Positions 14,255 through 26,045 of a stretch of DNA of 64,000 bases are shown here, piece after piece; within the stretch, counting starts at the first letter, position 1, and each line of letters opens with the position of its first letter. Origin of the DNA: Lingula anatina. Lineage: Eukaryota; Animalia; Brachiopoda. The position numbers and the translations under genes are program-made. The stretch lies in assembly GCA_051362555.1 (NCBI GenBank), contig CM120640.1, positions 31,639,967-31,703,966 on the forward strand, in the 5' to 3' direction. The notes under the pieces are model-generated. The model was not told the origin of the DNA and searched no databases. It saw only the letters and a list, made by a program, of their open reading frames with translations.

Positions 14255-16780
14255 TTAATAGTCCTCACTTGAAATCGTCACACCACATTTGATAACTTGT
14301 CTGTGGTGGCGTTTCCCCTGAAGACGCTTGTTCCAGGCGTAGTTATATCTGTCCATCAAAGCAGATCGAATTTCTCCAACACCCTTCAAGCTTTTTCTGC
14401 CTACCCTCACGCTTTTTGGAACAAAGGCTCGCCGTACGAACACTTTGCAGCCCTGGTTCAGAACACCGTCCAGTTGCGCGATAACATTTTGATGACGTAA
14501 AATATAAGTGTCCCAGTGAACGCGAGATGTAAACCCACCCGTGTGCCTGACGTACATGACGTATTTCTTTGCACGCTCTTTCGGCTGCACCGCTACCTCG
14601 TACACGGCGGGGCGTTGTGTGTCGTCGCGGAAAAGATCAACATTTCTGTAGCCGACGTGTTTTTGTCGTCTTGGCACCCAAGCGTCCACGTTTTCCTTGG
14701 GTTTGGACTTCACCATTGCCAACTTCCATTGGGACCACTTCATGTTTTTGAGAAGGAAATTGTTGACGGTCACGTGCTCACGGTACTCTCTCACGGGAGC
14801 CTCCTGCACGAATAAATGATAGCAAATCTAAAGAAATGATCAGATTAACTTAATGAACGTAATTTATGAAACTGAAGTCGATTTTACGCAAAAAGAAAGT
14901 AATTTTATTTCAACTTCAAATATAAAAACACATTTCAAATAGCAAAATTTACCAACGACTACTGAAAAATATACTTACTGGTGTTGTTTTTGCAGTCGAT
15001 TTCTTCTCAGGCATGTCGACCTTAGCAGGAGCATCGGTATCATCTACTGCACTTCTCTTAGGTGCACCTTTTTTGGCTGCACCTTTTGTTATTGCTTTTT
15101 TAGGTGTCGCTTTCTTTTTAGTAGTTTTAGCAGAAGCGGCTGTGTCGGGCGTTGTTGACGTGACAGCCGGGTCGCTACTATCTCCCCCCTTCAGTTCTTC
15201 AAACATTCGGTGCAGTTCTGCGTTCATACCAGAACCTCCACGACGCATGGCAACCTCCTGCTCGTAAGCCTAGAGAAATGGAAACGAAATTATGAACTAG
15301 AGAATCTCTTCTAGAAATCCTTTTCGTGTTTTAAATCGCAGCATAGTACCAAACTAAACAGTTGTTTGTTTTAAGTGACTTTAATAAAAACATAGTTTTA
15401 AGCAAGTCTAAAACAACCACTTCTCACATATGTACAAAAAAAAATAAATAAATAAATAAATAAAACAACAAAAAAACTTGGAACAGTTTACAGAAATTCA
15501 CTTTTCCTACCTCTAGGAACTCTGCCCCGTGTTCTCTGTAGCAAATAGCCATAATGAAGTCAAACACGTTGGAAAATTCATCAAGTTTCAAATGGCGACC
15601 ATGGGTCTTCTCAGCAAGTGTGGAGTAGAACTTGTCTGACTCGGAATTGTTTAAACACTGAACGGCATAAATATTCACACCCTGTAAATAATCAAGATAT
15701 CCCAGGATAAATAAATAAATAATTGAGGGTGTCTCCACTCTATAAGAAATGTGTTAATAGCTCAAATTCGGTTATCTTTATTTATCTATTTTAATCGATA
15801 TCATTTTCTATTTTCAACAATATATATATCGAGATCTTATCCTAAAATCAGCGAATGCTTACCAGTTCATTAAAGAGGCGGTCAGTTTCAACCTTCCAAT
15901 CCAGTCTCTTTTTGTTCAAATGGTAGTTTGGCTGATGAGGAGTGGCATCCCCAATCATCACCAGGGATCTCTGAGAGCCAGGGCTCCAGGATAGTTCTTC
16001 TCTTACTTGATGCAGGACCAGCTCGTAGCACTCTTCAAAGTCACCGCCTCCGGTGCCTTCGACGTCGTTAACGAAGTGACACAGCTTGCCGACGTCATTG
16101 GTGAAGTCGATGTACTTGGTAACATACCCGTAGGCTCCCTCGTCGCAGTAATCTCCGTGAGCGAACACTGAAATCTTCAGGTTTGGGATGTCGGACATAA
16201 GTCGCTGGATCATGTCCTGGACGCTCTGGCGTACCTGCATAATACAGCTGCTCATGGAGCCTGTGGTGTCAAATGAAAAGACAATCTCAATGGGTCCGCC
16301 AGGAACGCCGGTTGGGCGAGACGGGGCTGGGGCTGTACGAGAGCGTTTAGCAGCGGGGGTTGCTGAAGAAGCTCCTTCCCCGGTGTAAAGCGCCGCCCCG
16401 GCCAAGGATCGTTTCACCGGACCAGTGCTTCCGTCAACTTCGTACAGAAATTCGGTATTGGCGACGAGTGCCCGGTTGTAGGATGTGCTTTGCACAAAGA
16501 TATCAAAGTCTGGCAATTTAGATCTGTCTAAAGTGAATTTTCTCACTTCTTTATCGATCCCCAGTACACCTTTTACCGCAGGGCCGCTAATAAAGGACCT
16601 GTCACTCTTGCGCCTTGCCACCACCTCCTTGTAAGCCTGAATGGTCTCTGGTTTGGTCAGCTGGTAGAACCCGCGCCCTGTCTTAAACTCAAGCTTGTTG
16701 GCACGCACGAAGTCCCGGATGGACATTTTCTTGGGAACTCTGTGAGTTACAAAGCGAGTTTCTGCGACTGCCGATGCCAT
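14255..16780 (-). CDS. 642-aa multidomain protein: uncharacterised N-terminal domain, vWA (MIDAS), Lys-rich linker, C-terminal ET/HRT-type GIY-YIG-like domain
   Basis: Coding exons 15863-16780, 15511-15681, 14979-15269, 14255-14803, all GT-AG and all phase 0, with an open frame throughout. Motifs: FKTGRGFYQLTKPE...FVQSTSYNR; IVFSFDTTGSM...HGDYCD...GGGD.EECYE...LVMIGDATPH; KTTKKKATPKK; PAVYEVAV...YVMYV...YNYAWNKR. Confidence 0.9.
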
Positions 16781-16961
16781 CTTTTGAACAGTGGAATCAC
16801 GAATGGGGGTGTAGCTGTACTGGTAGCTCTGTCACGAGAATGGGTGCCAAGGCCCTTATAGATATCGATAATACCGATAACCTAAATAACAACAAACCAG
16901 AAATAATTGGATTGGGTCTATTGTCTTATGCCATACATGTATATATATCGCGAGTATCAGC

Positions 16962-16962
<1 letters not shown>

Positions 16963-17056
<94 letters not shown>

Positions 17057-17084
17057 GTTAAGTGACGTTATTTGACGCTGTTTT

Positions 17085-17133
<49 letters not shown>
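16963..17133. repeat. (TA)n of about 90 bp followed by (AAT)n, in the inferred 5'UTR intron of the vWA gene
   Basis: TA run 16963-17053; AAT run about 17089-17133. Confidence 0.95.
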
Positions 17134-17136
<3 letters not shown>

Positions 17137-17388
17137 GTAAGCGGTGGCTCTATTAGCATAGGCCTACTATAAAAACTTGTTTAACTTATTCTTTGCAAAA
17201 AAAAAAATAAATAAATAAAAAAAAAAATAAATAAATAAATAAATAAATAAAATAATTAGAAACAGTATTAAAATGAAAAACATCTTTACAGCAAATGGGT
17301 GTCAAGTCAACACAACAAAATATTAGTAGTGCTAGTGAGTTTTTTATGACTAGAAATTATATTTTGAAAGAAATGTACCTGAAGTTAC

Positions 17389-17508
17389 CTTAAATGCGGA
17401 CTTTTCCTCAGACCGACAGTTGATTATCCCAGAGGCTGTTTCGACGTGTCTATTAGTCGAGTGGTCAATGTTGTCTGACAAATCCATGCTATTCGGCATC
17501 TTATATAG
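17389..17508 (-). promoter_or_regulatory. TATA box, Inr and non-coding first exon of the vWA gene
   Basis: Minus-strand CTATATAAG (17500-17508) lies 31 nt upstream of an Inr-like TCAGAC (+1 about 17476). Donors AAG|gtaact (17389) and CAG|gtacat (17379). Acceptor ttgttgttatttag| at 16881 precedes the ATG at 16780. Confidence 0.6.
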
Positions 17509-17763
17509 CCCCTTCCGATCGCCCTTCTCTGGGCAAGCAAGCACAAGCAGTCGGGCAAGTGAAGACATGCCGGCGGAAGTAAATAAAGCTGTAACGTGGT
17601 GTCTAATTTTAGAAAGATGACGTCGTCAACCTTATTTGAATAACATGTGAAAATATAGGTGTCCCTTTGAGCGTTTATCGTACTGCTTATTTACACTATA
17701 CTGCCGCCACCTATCGAGAAAGTTGGTTTATGGACAAGACCTTATATTTTACCCACAATACCC

Positions 17764-18064
17764 GACTGGGAGTTGTGGCGTGCTCCTGTAATCTAGCTAC
17801 TTGGAGGTCTGGGTTGGTGGACGGCTTGAGGCCAGGGGTTCTGCTTGGCGTCTATCTATGTTGATCGGGTGTCCGCACTAAGCTCGGCATCAATATGGTA
17901 ACTCCGGCGGAGGCTAGAGTGACCAGGTTGACTAAGGAGGACCGTACTGGGCCAGGGCAGAAATGCAGCAGCCAAAAGGTCCCGTGTCGAGCAGTATGGT
18001 GGGATCGCGTCCGTGAATAGGAGGCGTTTGGTAGCCTGACCGATATAGTCGGACCTAATCCTCT
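17764..18064 (+). ncRNA. RN7SL: 7SL / SRP RNA (metazoan type)
   Basis: Alu-domain start GACTGGGAGTTGTGGCGTGCTCCTGTAATCTAGCTAC; conserved core GATCGGGTGTCCGCACTAAGCTCGGCATCAATATGG; helix 8 CCAGG-GCA-GAAA-TGC-AGCAG with compensatory pairing; GGGATCGCG..GTGAATAG; about 300 nt long. Confidence 0.96.
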
Positions 18065-18070
18065 TTTTTT
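18065..18070 (+). terminator. Pol III oligo-T terminator of 7SL
   Basis: T run immediately after the SRP RNA 3' end. Confidence 0.8.
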
Positions 18071-18916
18071 CTTATTTCTAATGAAAATTTTACAGCTGTC
18101 TAATTTTTTGTCCAAAGACTTTTATTTACTACTTAAATATTAGATAAAGCTATCCTCTACCAGATTGACTTTTCACGTTGTTCACAGATATGTCTTTAGA
18201 TAAACAGACGGTCGTTTTACTACCTCGCTTTTCCCCTTTTTCCCTATATAATCTGCCACCCTTGTAGAGGGTGAGATAAAGCCAGGGCAACAGATAGTAA
18301 CCATCAAAGATGCAAGCTGGGCATTTATTCGTCTAAATGAGCCTTTTTTTAAAATGAAGTTTCTTATTGATGGAAGTGCTGGTCAAAATAATCCATAGGC
18401 CCTTAGCTCATCCATAGCTCAGTTCCAACTTAGGCGTATGAAACAATTTAATCGGCGAAGATTGGAGCAACCTGCAGGGAAAGTGAGGGTGTTAAGAGAA
18501 CGCGGCCATTTTCATACATTTTATCAAAAATATCATCCTGAAATTACGACTCCTTCCTGTCAAATCTATGTCTATTTGTTGGTTGGGTTATCCTGCTTAA
18601 ATTAGGTGTTGACTTTACATCATCAATATTAATGCGCACAGACGTGCCAGCCTGCCTGAATGCTTTTGTTCTGATCCACACAACTTATACTTATATATTT
18701 CATCCACTTATAAGAACTAATGCATAGTATAATAAAATATGAAAATAAAATCATAATTATGTGAAATTAATTTGCTATCACAGTTGTAGTATGTAATTAC
18801 ACTATCGTAATCTTGTGAATTTGTGTATATGCTGATATAGCTGGTTATGAGACCACTTGCTCCTGTCATAATTCTATGGGCGTGATAGTGTTTACACTTC
18901 ATTGTAAGCAATATCC

Positions 18917-19037
18917 ATTACTCTGGTTTCTCTTCATCCACGTATAAATCTTTCGCCTTTTACTAAAGATTTCCGTGGAGAGGAACAATACAATGAGTCT
19001 ATAGACTAATTTTTCTAGCCCTCCGAAAGGAGGGTAG
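18917..19037 (+). ncRNA. RNU5: U5 spliceosomal snRNA
   Basis: TACTCTGGTTTCTCTTCA start; invariant loop 1 AAATCTTTCGCCTTTTACTAAAGATTTCCGTGGAGAGGAACA; Sm-site-like AATTTTTCT; 3' hairpin CCCTCC-GAAA-GGAGGG. Confidence 0.96.
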
Positions 19038-20485
19038 CATAATAAAATGTCAACTCTCGACGCACTCTCTCACTACTTTATTGTCCTTGGAACAAATGCG
19101 AGGATACAAAAACTTGCATACACAAGGGATTATTCCTTGTTATCTAGCGATGCTATACAATGTATAGATTATAGCAATACCCTTCCTACCGACACACACA
19201 TGATATTCCTAATACGTTGTTGCAAAGCACTATCACTTGCTTAGGCAAAAGGATGCAGCACAGTTGCTATTTCTTTTCTAAAATAAAACTGCATTTGGTC
19301 ATAACTATGATAAGCTCTTCATTTAAACTTTTTAATGGCAAGGGTTTGATGGATTGCAAATACATATATAAAAGTATTTTTGTGATACATTGCATCCATC
19401 CACTATGATTCACAATACAACATAGACAAAGAATTCTTTATGTCCAAATGATTACTAATTTAGATAGACAAAATCAGATGCAGTATTTTGCACTGCAAGG
19501 GCTTTTAAAATAATGAAAAAAAAAGTTCCAACAATAACCTTAATATTAAACTCCAATTTCTATTATTTTTTTTACATTTGTAAATTCTTGTATTGAAGTA
19601 AAATTGTCAATTTTATTTGATGTACTCCATGTGCCAGAATGCATTTCAAATAATAACTTTTTATTGATTTTTTTACAAAACTTCATGTAAAACTTTCATT
19701 CATTTCTTTCTTATTTAAAATATTTTATAATGACTTTATTGTGGCATCCCATTTGCAGTTGGAATTTTTGCATTAAAGAGGCACATCTGTGCTTCATTAA
19801 AAATTTTGTGGCAATATAATTCAGCTTGAGTTTAAATAATTGAGACTGCACCACGTGTGTTCACTACGATAAAAATATTTCAGTACATTCTGAAAAAAAA
19901 AAAAAAAAAAAAAAAACGAGTTCCTGCAACCAATCAAAATGCTTAAAATTGACAGTTTCTACTAAGAAGTGTAACAAAGTCAGCAAGCAGATACAAATAA
20001 AAATCGACTTTTTAATTTTCACAAAAAAAAAGAACGTACATTATGTAAATTTTGCTCAATTCAAAAGTGATATAATTCAATCCACACCTGTATTATAAAT
20101 GTTGTACACACACATTATTACATACATTTTCTTAAATTATATTTTACAATATTTTTTACAATGTAACCATGTGAAGTGTTAAGAAGAATGTTTGCATACT
20201 AATAAAATTTAGTATTATATTTTATTCAAAATAAATACTTCAAAGTCTAAATCATCTCATTTCACAAAAGAAAAGTCAGAAAAATGCCTCTGATCAGACA
20301 TAGACCTCTATACTCTTTGAGCTTTTTAAAATGTTCTAATATGAAGTTTCATCCTGTTCTGTGATGTACTGTATTTTAAGAAATTGAATACAGGCAAATC
20401 TGTCTCTATCTAATTTGTAGAAACATTTAAGGTAGTGAAAAAAAGGGAGAGTCACATATGTGTGTGACATGTCCCTGAGTTGATG

Positions 20486-23400
20486 TCAATCACTAGGTGA
20501 CTCCTCTGTTCTTAAAGTAGCCTGGTCATCGTCTCCAGTAAATATTGGTCTGGAAAGGCCTGTTAATGTACTGCATGTATAAGAGGACTGCGTAGCACCG
20601 GTCATCTCGCCTATAAACTGGCTCCTCTTTAGATTTTGCAGAACGCCATCCTAACAAATTGAAATCAAAAAGCATCATTGAATTTTTTCTTCTTTTAATA
20701 CATTTGCAAAATGTACAATGAATAATAATAATAATTACTATTATTATTATAAAAACAATATTTAAGACACATCTACCAAATTCAATGGTTTTAAAAACTT
20801 GCCTTCCACAAGATGAGTAAACCATCTCCTCCACAAGAGACAAATCCCTCCTCACCAAAGTCAACAAACAGCTAAAAAATATACAATAAAATAACAATGA
20901 AGTGTAAGCATTATCTGTAATGATATAAAAGACAATAAAACCTTAAAACAGGGACATACCATTAACCTTGTTGACTTTTAAAAAGAAAAGGCCATTTAAT
21001 GGATTATATTTATATTCTTCATCTTTGTTTTGTGGAAGCTAGAGGAGCAGAAGCATAGTATTTTGAAATTTTGTTCAGGTTACCTCAATTTCACGTACCT
21101 GTACAGCACCTGAATGTCCAAGACATTCACCTAATAGACATGGTTCTACAGTCTCAGACTTCTTCAACTTTCTAATTTTATCTCTGCTGCAAAAGTGGGA
21201 ATTCACAAAGTTTATTTACCAAAATTGATCAGCCACAATAAAGATTTTGAATCACTTACTCAAACACTTCAATTTCAAATGAAAAATGTGTAATTCAGTT
21301 TTTCTCACATCAGAGACCAACTAACTACATTTTCAGTAAACAATTTTGAAAATGATTTTAGATTTACTCAGCGTAACATCTATGGAATTTTTAAAAAGAT
21401 ATGTGATGTCATTACAGATGGAATCCTACAATTTTACCGAAATCGATGAAAAATCTAGTCACCTCAGGCCAGTAAATGTCTCTAAAGGGTTCATAAAGTA
21501 GTCTTTGTCATTCTTTTCTGCAGGGGCTCTACCCCATAGTTTTATAGCACCATCCTCTGAACAAGTTGCAAGATACAGGCTGTAAAACAAAATGTATATT
21601 TAATAAGCTATTGCTGGTTTAAATGCATGTAAACAGTTCAATTTTCTGACATACTGGCATAGAAAACATTAATACTTTAAATTTTTTAACCTAAAATTTA
21701 TGACAGGTTATTAACTACATAAAATGTGATAGAATGCCACTGTTTTCATTTCCATAAAAATTCTCCTTACCCATGATAAAGAAAGTCCATGTGTTTGATC
21801 TTGGACATGTGAGCATCCTGCTTCTTGGCAATGATTCTTCCTTGGTCTTTTGTGATATCAAAAACATAAATGCTATTTCCAACCGCAGCAAATATGCAAC
21901 CCTAAAAATAATGGGACTTCAAATTAAAGATAAATTATTAATTGTTACAGTAAGGCTTTAGTACATTTATTGCTCTACTGCTTCTGCTAATTCAACATTT
22001 GATATTTTATTATGCATGAATATAATAATAATTTTTGAAGCAGCTTACCTTCTCTGGTGAGATCATATGTTGAATACTAAAGGGATAGTGGTTGTCTATG
22101 CCTCTAAATTCTTTCTCTTCCTTAATCTGGTTGAACTGCCTAATGGCAGACAAAGTATGAGAAGACCATAGCACAATCAGGCCATCCAAAGAGCCGCTAG
22201 CAAATGATCCATCTAAAAAGTAAGTATAACTTTAACTTGAGATTCAACAAGCTATTACTTCTGCTTAAAATATGGTGGAATTTTGCTGGTTCTAAGATGT
22301 CTTTTTCCACAACTTGTCCCCTGTTTACAAAAAAATTCTACCAAATCTTTTTTTACCATTTATCAGCTAGTTGACTTAACAAAGCTTTGTAGGCTGTAGC
22401 CAACTAAGCATGTCCAACAAAGAATCTAAAATCTTAGTTTTGCCAACAGCAGCCTTAACTCTTTTAAAGATTGGCGAAAAGTTTTCTACATGGCAGATCA
22501 TGCCATCTTTGAATCATGAATGATCTTTTTTGAACAATGAAATGAGGCAAAACAAACAATTTGGACATTTAAACTTTGATACAATATTATTCAAAACCAT
22601 GGTAACAGTAAAATGCCAGGATGTCATCATGGGGCATCTTGTGGTCAAAAAGTGTAAAGACATGAAACAATGTCCCATTTTATTTTCAAATAAAATTAAC
22701 ATTAACATTCAATGAAATTATAACAGAATATCTTGAAAAAGGTATATACTTTTCAAAATTTGTTCAGTTTCAGTTGTAAACAAAAAGTTCTGACAGCTCC
22801 TGAAGAGGCTAAAAATTCTGACTCAACCAACCAAATCTCAGTAAGGTCAAACCTTAGACTTTTTTGTGAAACTGGGGCCTGATCAACATTTTGAGTGATA
22901 TATCCATTTCCATCTTACATTCTTTGACTGTCAGTTGCTTTCCTAACACAGTTCCACAGTTAAAATGTTGTGAGATAAGACAACAGTTTCCTAATATTAT
23001 GATTCTGACACGAAGAAAACTTACCAGGTACATTTATAAGGCTTCCAATGGCCTCCCTGTGCTGGCGAAAAAGGTGTTTGAAAAACTTGATCTCACAACT
23101 GTCTCCACAATATTCAACAGTATAAACATCTGCAAATATAAAAATATTCTTGACAACAACATAACTACATTATGTTGCAGTGGAGTACAAAATGCATGGA
23201 AACCACTTAAAATTTAAATGCAACTATCCTATTCATGTTTAACTCGACACCTTCATTAGAGGTTATAAGGGTAAACCACAAACAAACATTGTTAACAATC
23301 TAAAAGCCTCTGTTTTAACAAATGCCATTACTTCCAGCTATACAAAAAGAGTGCATTATAATTGTATAAAATTTTTATTATTTACTGACATAATGATTCT

Positions 23401-25097
23401 TCACAGGCTGCAACAAATCTGTTCTCCTTGATTGGCAGCAAAAACTGAATATCGGCTGAAAAGAACATAAAACACTTTAAATAAATATCCCCAGTTTCAT
23501 AAAAATCTATAACCAACAGTTTTATACTTTGCCAGCATGCTCATGACCATTAACAAATTTCACTATTCTAAAGTATGTTATGTATTATTTTTAGACTCTA
23601 GACTGTTTCCATTTCATACAAGGATGAGAAAAATTCCCAAAAGAAAATTCAATACAAGTCCCATCGACAGTAAGTGTTACCTTTCCCTGGGTTTTCCACT
23701 TGATGTAATTGTTTTCCCTTCCTGCTCCACGCACACAATTTCTCCCCTCCTGATATAAAGATATCAAATGCTGGTAGGGAGGCCAAGCACTGAAAACATG
23801 ACAAATCAAGATGCCACATTTTTCAAAATACTTTAACAGCTCACGTTTCTTTTTTTTTCTTTTAAAATAATTGTGAAGAAAAAAATCCTGAACTTATGAA
23901 AAACAATATTCAAGAAAATAGTTACTACAAGATGAATATTTTCTGAAAAGTGAGCTTATTCATTCTGATGACAAGAAAACTCTGTGCTTACTTTGACTGA
24001 ACTGTTGTGTTCTGTAATATCTTCAAGACACTGCCCTGTTTCTATGTTCCATACCTACATGTATCAATTTGCAAGTATTAAATCTTGAACAGAGTGAAGT
24101 TCTATGATTTTTTTCATCCTACAAAAAATATCAATTAATGATATGTGCATGTACCTTTTTTAAAAATTTATAAAATACAGTCTGAATCTTAGTTTAACAG
24201 AGTAGTTCATATACCTCAGTTTAAGATAATTAAAGAACATGGAATCTATAATTATATCAAAATATCACATCCCTGCATGGGTTACTCTAGTACCATTGTA
24301 ACACACACACAAACTCAAATATGAAAAACATATACAAACTATAACAGATTACCTTGATGTGTTTATCAGATGCTCCAGTTATCAATAGTATATCATCATA
24401 ACTTCCTGGCTCTGGTTTAAGTAGCAGTATACAATTGATGGGGAGTTTGTGTCCAGAGAAAACATTCAATTTACGACCATCCTAAACATCAGCACAAGAA
24501 AATTGAAAGTTGCTTTGTGTAACAAGTTTGCAGATAAAATTAAAGGTTAAAGGAAAATTATGTATCTCCTTCTGATGTTTCTTTTTATGGTCTTTGGAAT
24601 GCTATATTTTAAATGCTAAAAACAATAAACAAAATATCTTTCAGGTCAAACAAAATAATAAGATCTAGTGATTTGAAATAAAATAACAAATTAATGTGAT
24701 ACTGGTATTTTGTCAGCAAATATCTTAAAAGATATAAAATAGGTCTGTGTAAAACAGATACTTTTTTGTACTATGTACACTGTATGTCCTTACCTCTATA
24801 TCCCACAAAGCTGCTGTGCAGTCATCTCCAGCAGAGATACACCTGAAATGGAAATTTATAACACATTCAAATTTGGAAAATATTGTCGTCATCTCAACTC
24901 TCAGTAAGTCTCATCCAATCTGCAGGAAAACTATCAGTTGACAGGTAGCTTAAACTCAAAGTAAGATAGATGGACCCAAGTTACCTGTGGTCATCTACCT
25001 TGACCAGAGCTCTGACAATGTCTGTGTGGTGCTGTAATATCAGAACCTCTCTGTACAGGTTACATGGCTGGGCATCCTCAACCATGTCCACATTCTT
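20486..25097 (-). CDS. WDR41: WD repeat-containing protein 41 (C9orf72-SMCR8 complex subunit); start exon unresolved, probably near 27.7-28.0 kb
   Basis: Exons 24985-25097 (NLYREVLILQHHTDIVRALVKVDDHR), 24794-24842 (SAGDD), 24353-24481, 23992-24054, 23681-23789, 23390-23455, 23025-23129, 22049-22212 (FASGSLDG), 21771-21901, 21463-21579 (TCSEDGAIKLW), 21099-21183/21186 (LLGECLGHSGAVQ), 20803-20871 (GC donor), 20486-20650. Matches the recalled human WDR41 motifs. Confidence 0.9.
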
Positions 25098-26022
25098 CTG
25101 AAAATATATACAAAAAACTTCAGTACAGGTATAAGGATTTAGTCAAACTTCTACACAACATGTTGGTTATGGACATTCTATCATTTATAAATACATAATA
25201 AGTCCTTATGAAAATAATATCCAAAAGAACCAAGAATGAAGTCTTTTGTTCAAACTTCTAACTAGAATAAGAAGTCTGATGATTGGATATATTATATAGA
25301 AACAAAATCTTTGTTTCTGACAACAGTCTCCAATGTCACCTATCAGTTATTTTTCTTCACACTTAGACCCAGTGATATAATTATAATGGATTCAGTGAAC
25401 TGCTACACTAACTACCATACTATATATAGTGTAGATTAGAAAATTACCACCAAACTATTCAGCAGCTGCATATCTGATATTTCAAGCATGGCCATTGTCA
25501 ACAGCTGTCATTTCCTTCAATGCTGCTAGTCAGTCTCACCTCACTGTAAAGCACAGTGGGTAATAGCTCAACACAAAATTAGACCTAGTTTCTTACACTA
25601 CTAACATCTAGCCAAATGCTGTGTTAAATAGGCTAACTGACATTTTGAGTGAATAATTTACCTATCACATATCTTGCTTTATTCCCAATAACCGAATTAC
25701 ACATTAAATTAACAATTATCACATTTTATCAATTATCAAGAGCAGTCTCCACACACTGACCTCATTGTCAATACATGTAACTAAGTTTTAATCTAAATAA
25801 CAAGGGTCACAACACTTGGAAGCCAATTTCATAATACTGGTATCTATCATATACATGCATGAATATCTATATGGGCCATTGCAGAGATGAGGGTTAACAT
25901 ATTGATAACACAGATAACTGAACACCACCTTTTATCAAAATAGGTTGAGCTGTGGATAAACCACTGGCTAAGGCTAAGAATGCTGAAAATTGAGGCAATG
26001 AAATATGAAAAATTAATAAAAA

Positions 26023-26045
26023 TGTGTGTGTGTGTGTGTGTGTGT
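26023..26045. repeat. (TG)n microsatellite
   Basis: Seen directly. Confidence 0.9.

Noticed and set aside
14255-16780. High GC/CpG of the vWA exons as evidence of recent horizontal transfer or contamination
   Set aside because: The gene has spliceosomal introns and a TATA/Inr promoter, and its composition is equally explained by lack of methylation; only phylogeny can test HGT.
17396-17410. Minus-strand GAGGAAAAGTCC resembling the RNase P/MRP P4 motif
   Set aside because: No complementary CR-V partner was found; it lies in the inferred 5'UTR exon of the vWA gene.
17667-18115. ORFs 17667-17864 and 17852-18115
   Set aside because: They overlap the 7SL RNA gene and are spurious.
19015-19038. 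GAAA-capped hairpin taken as a terminator or Helitron end
   Set aside because: It is the 3' stem-loop of U5 snRNA.
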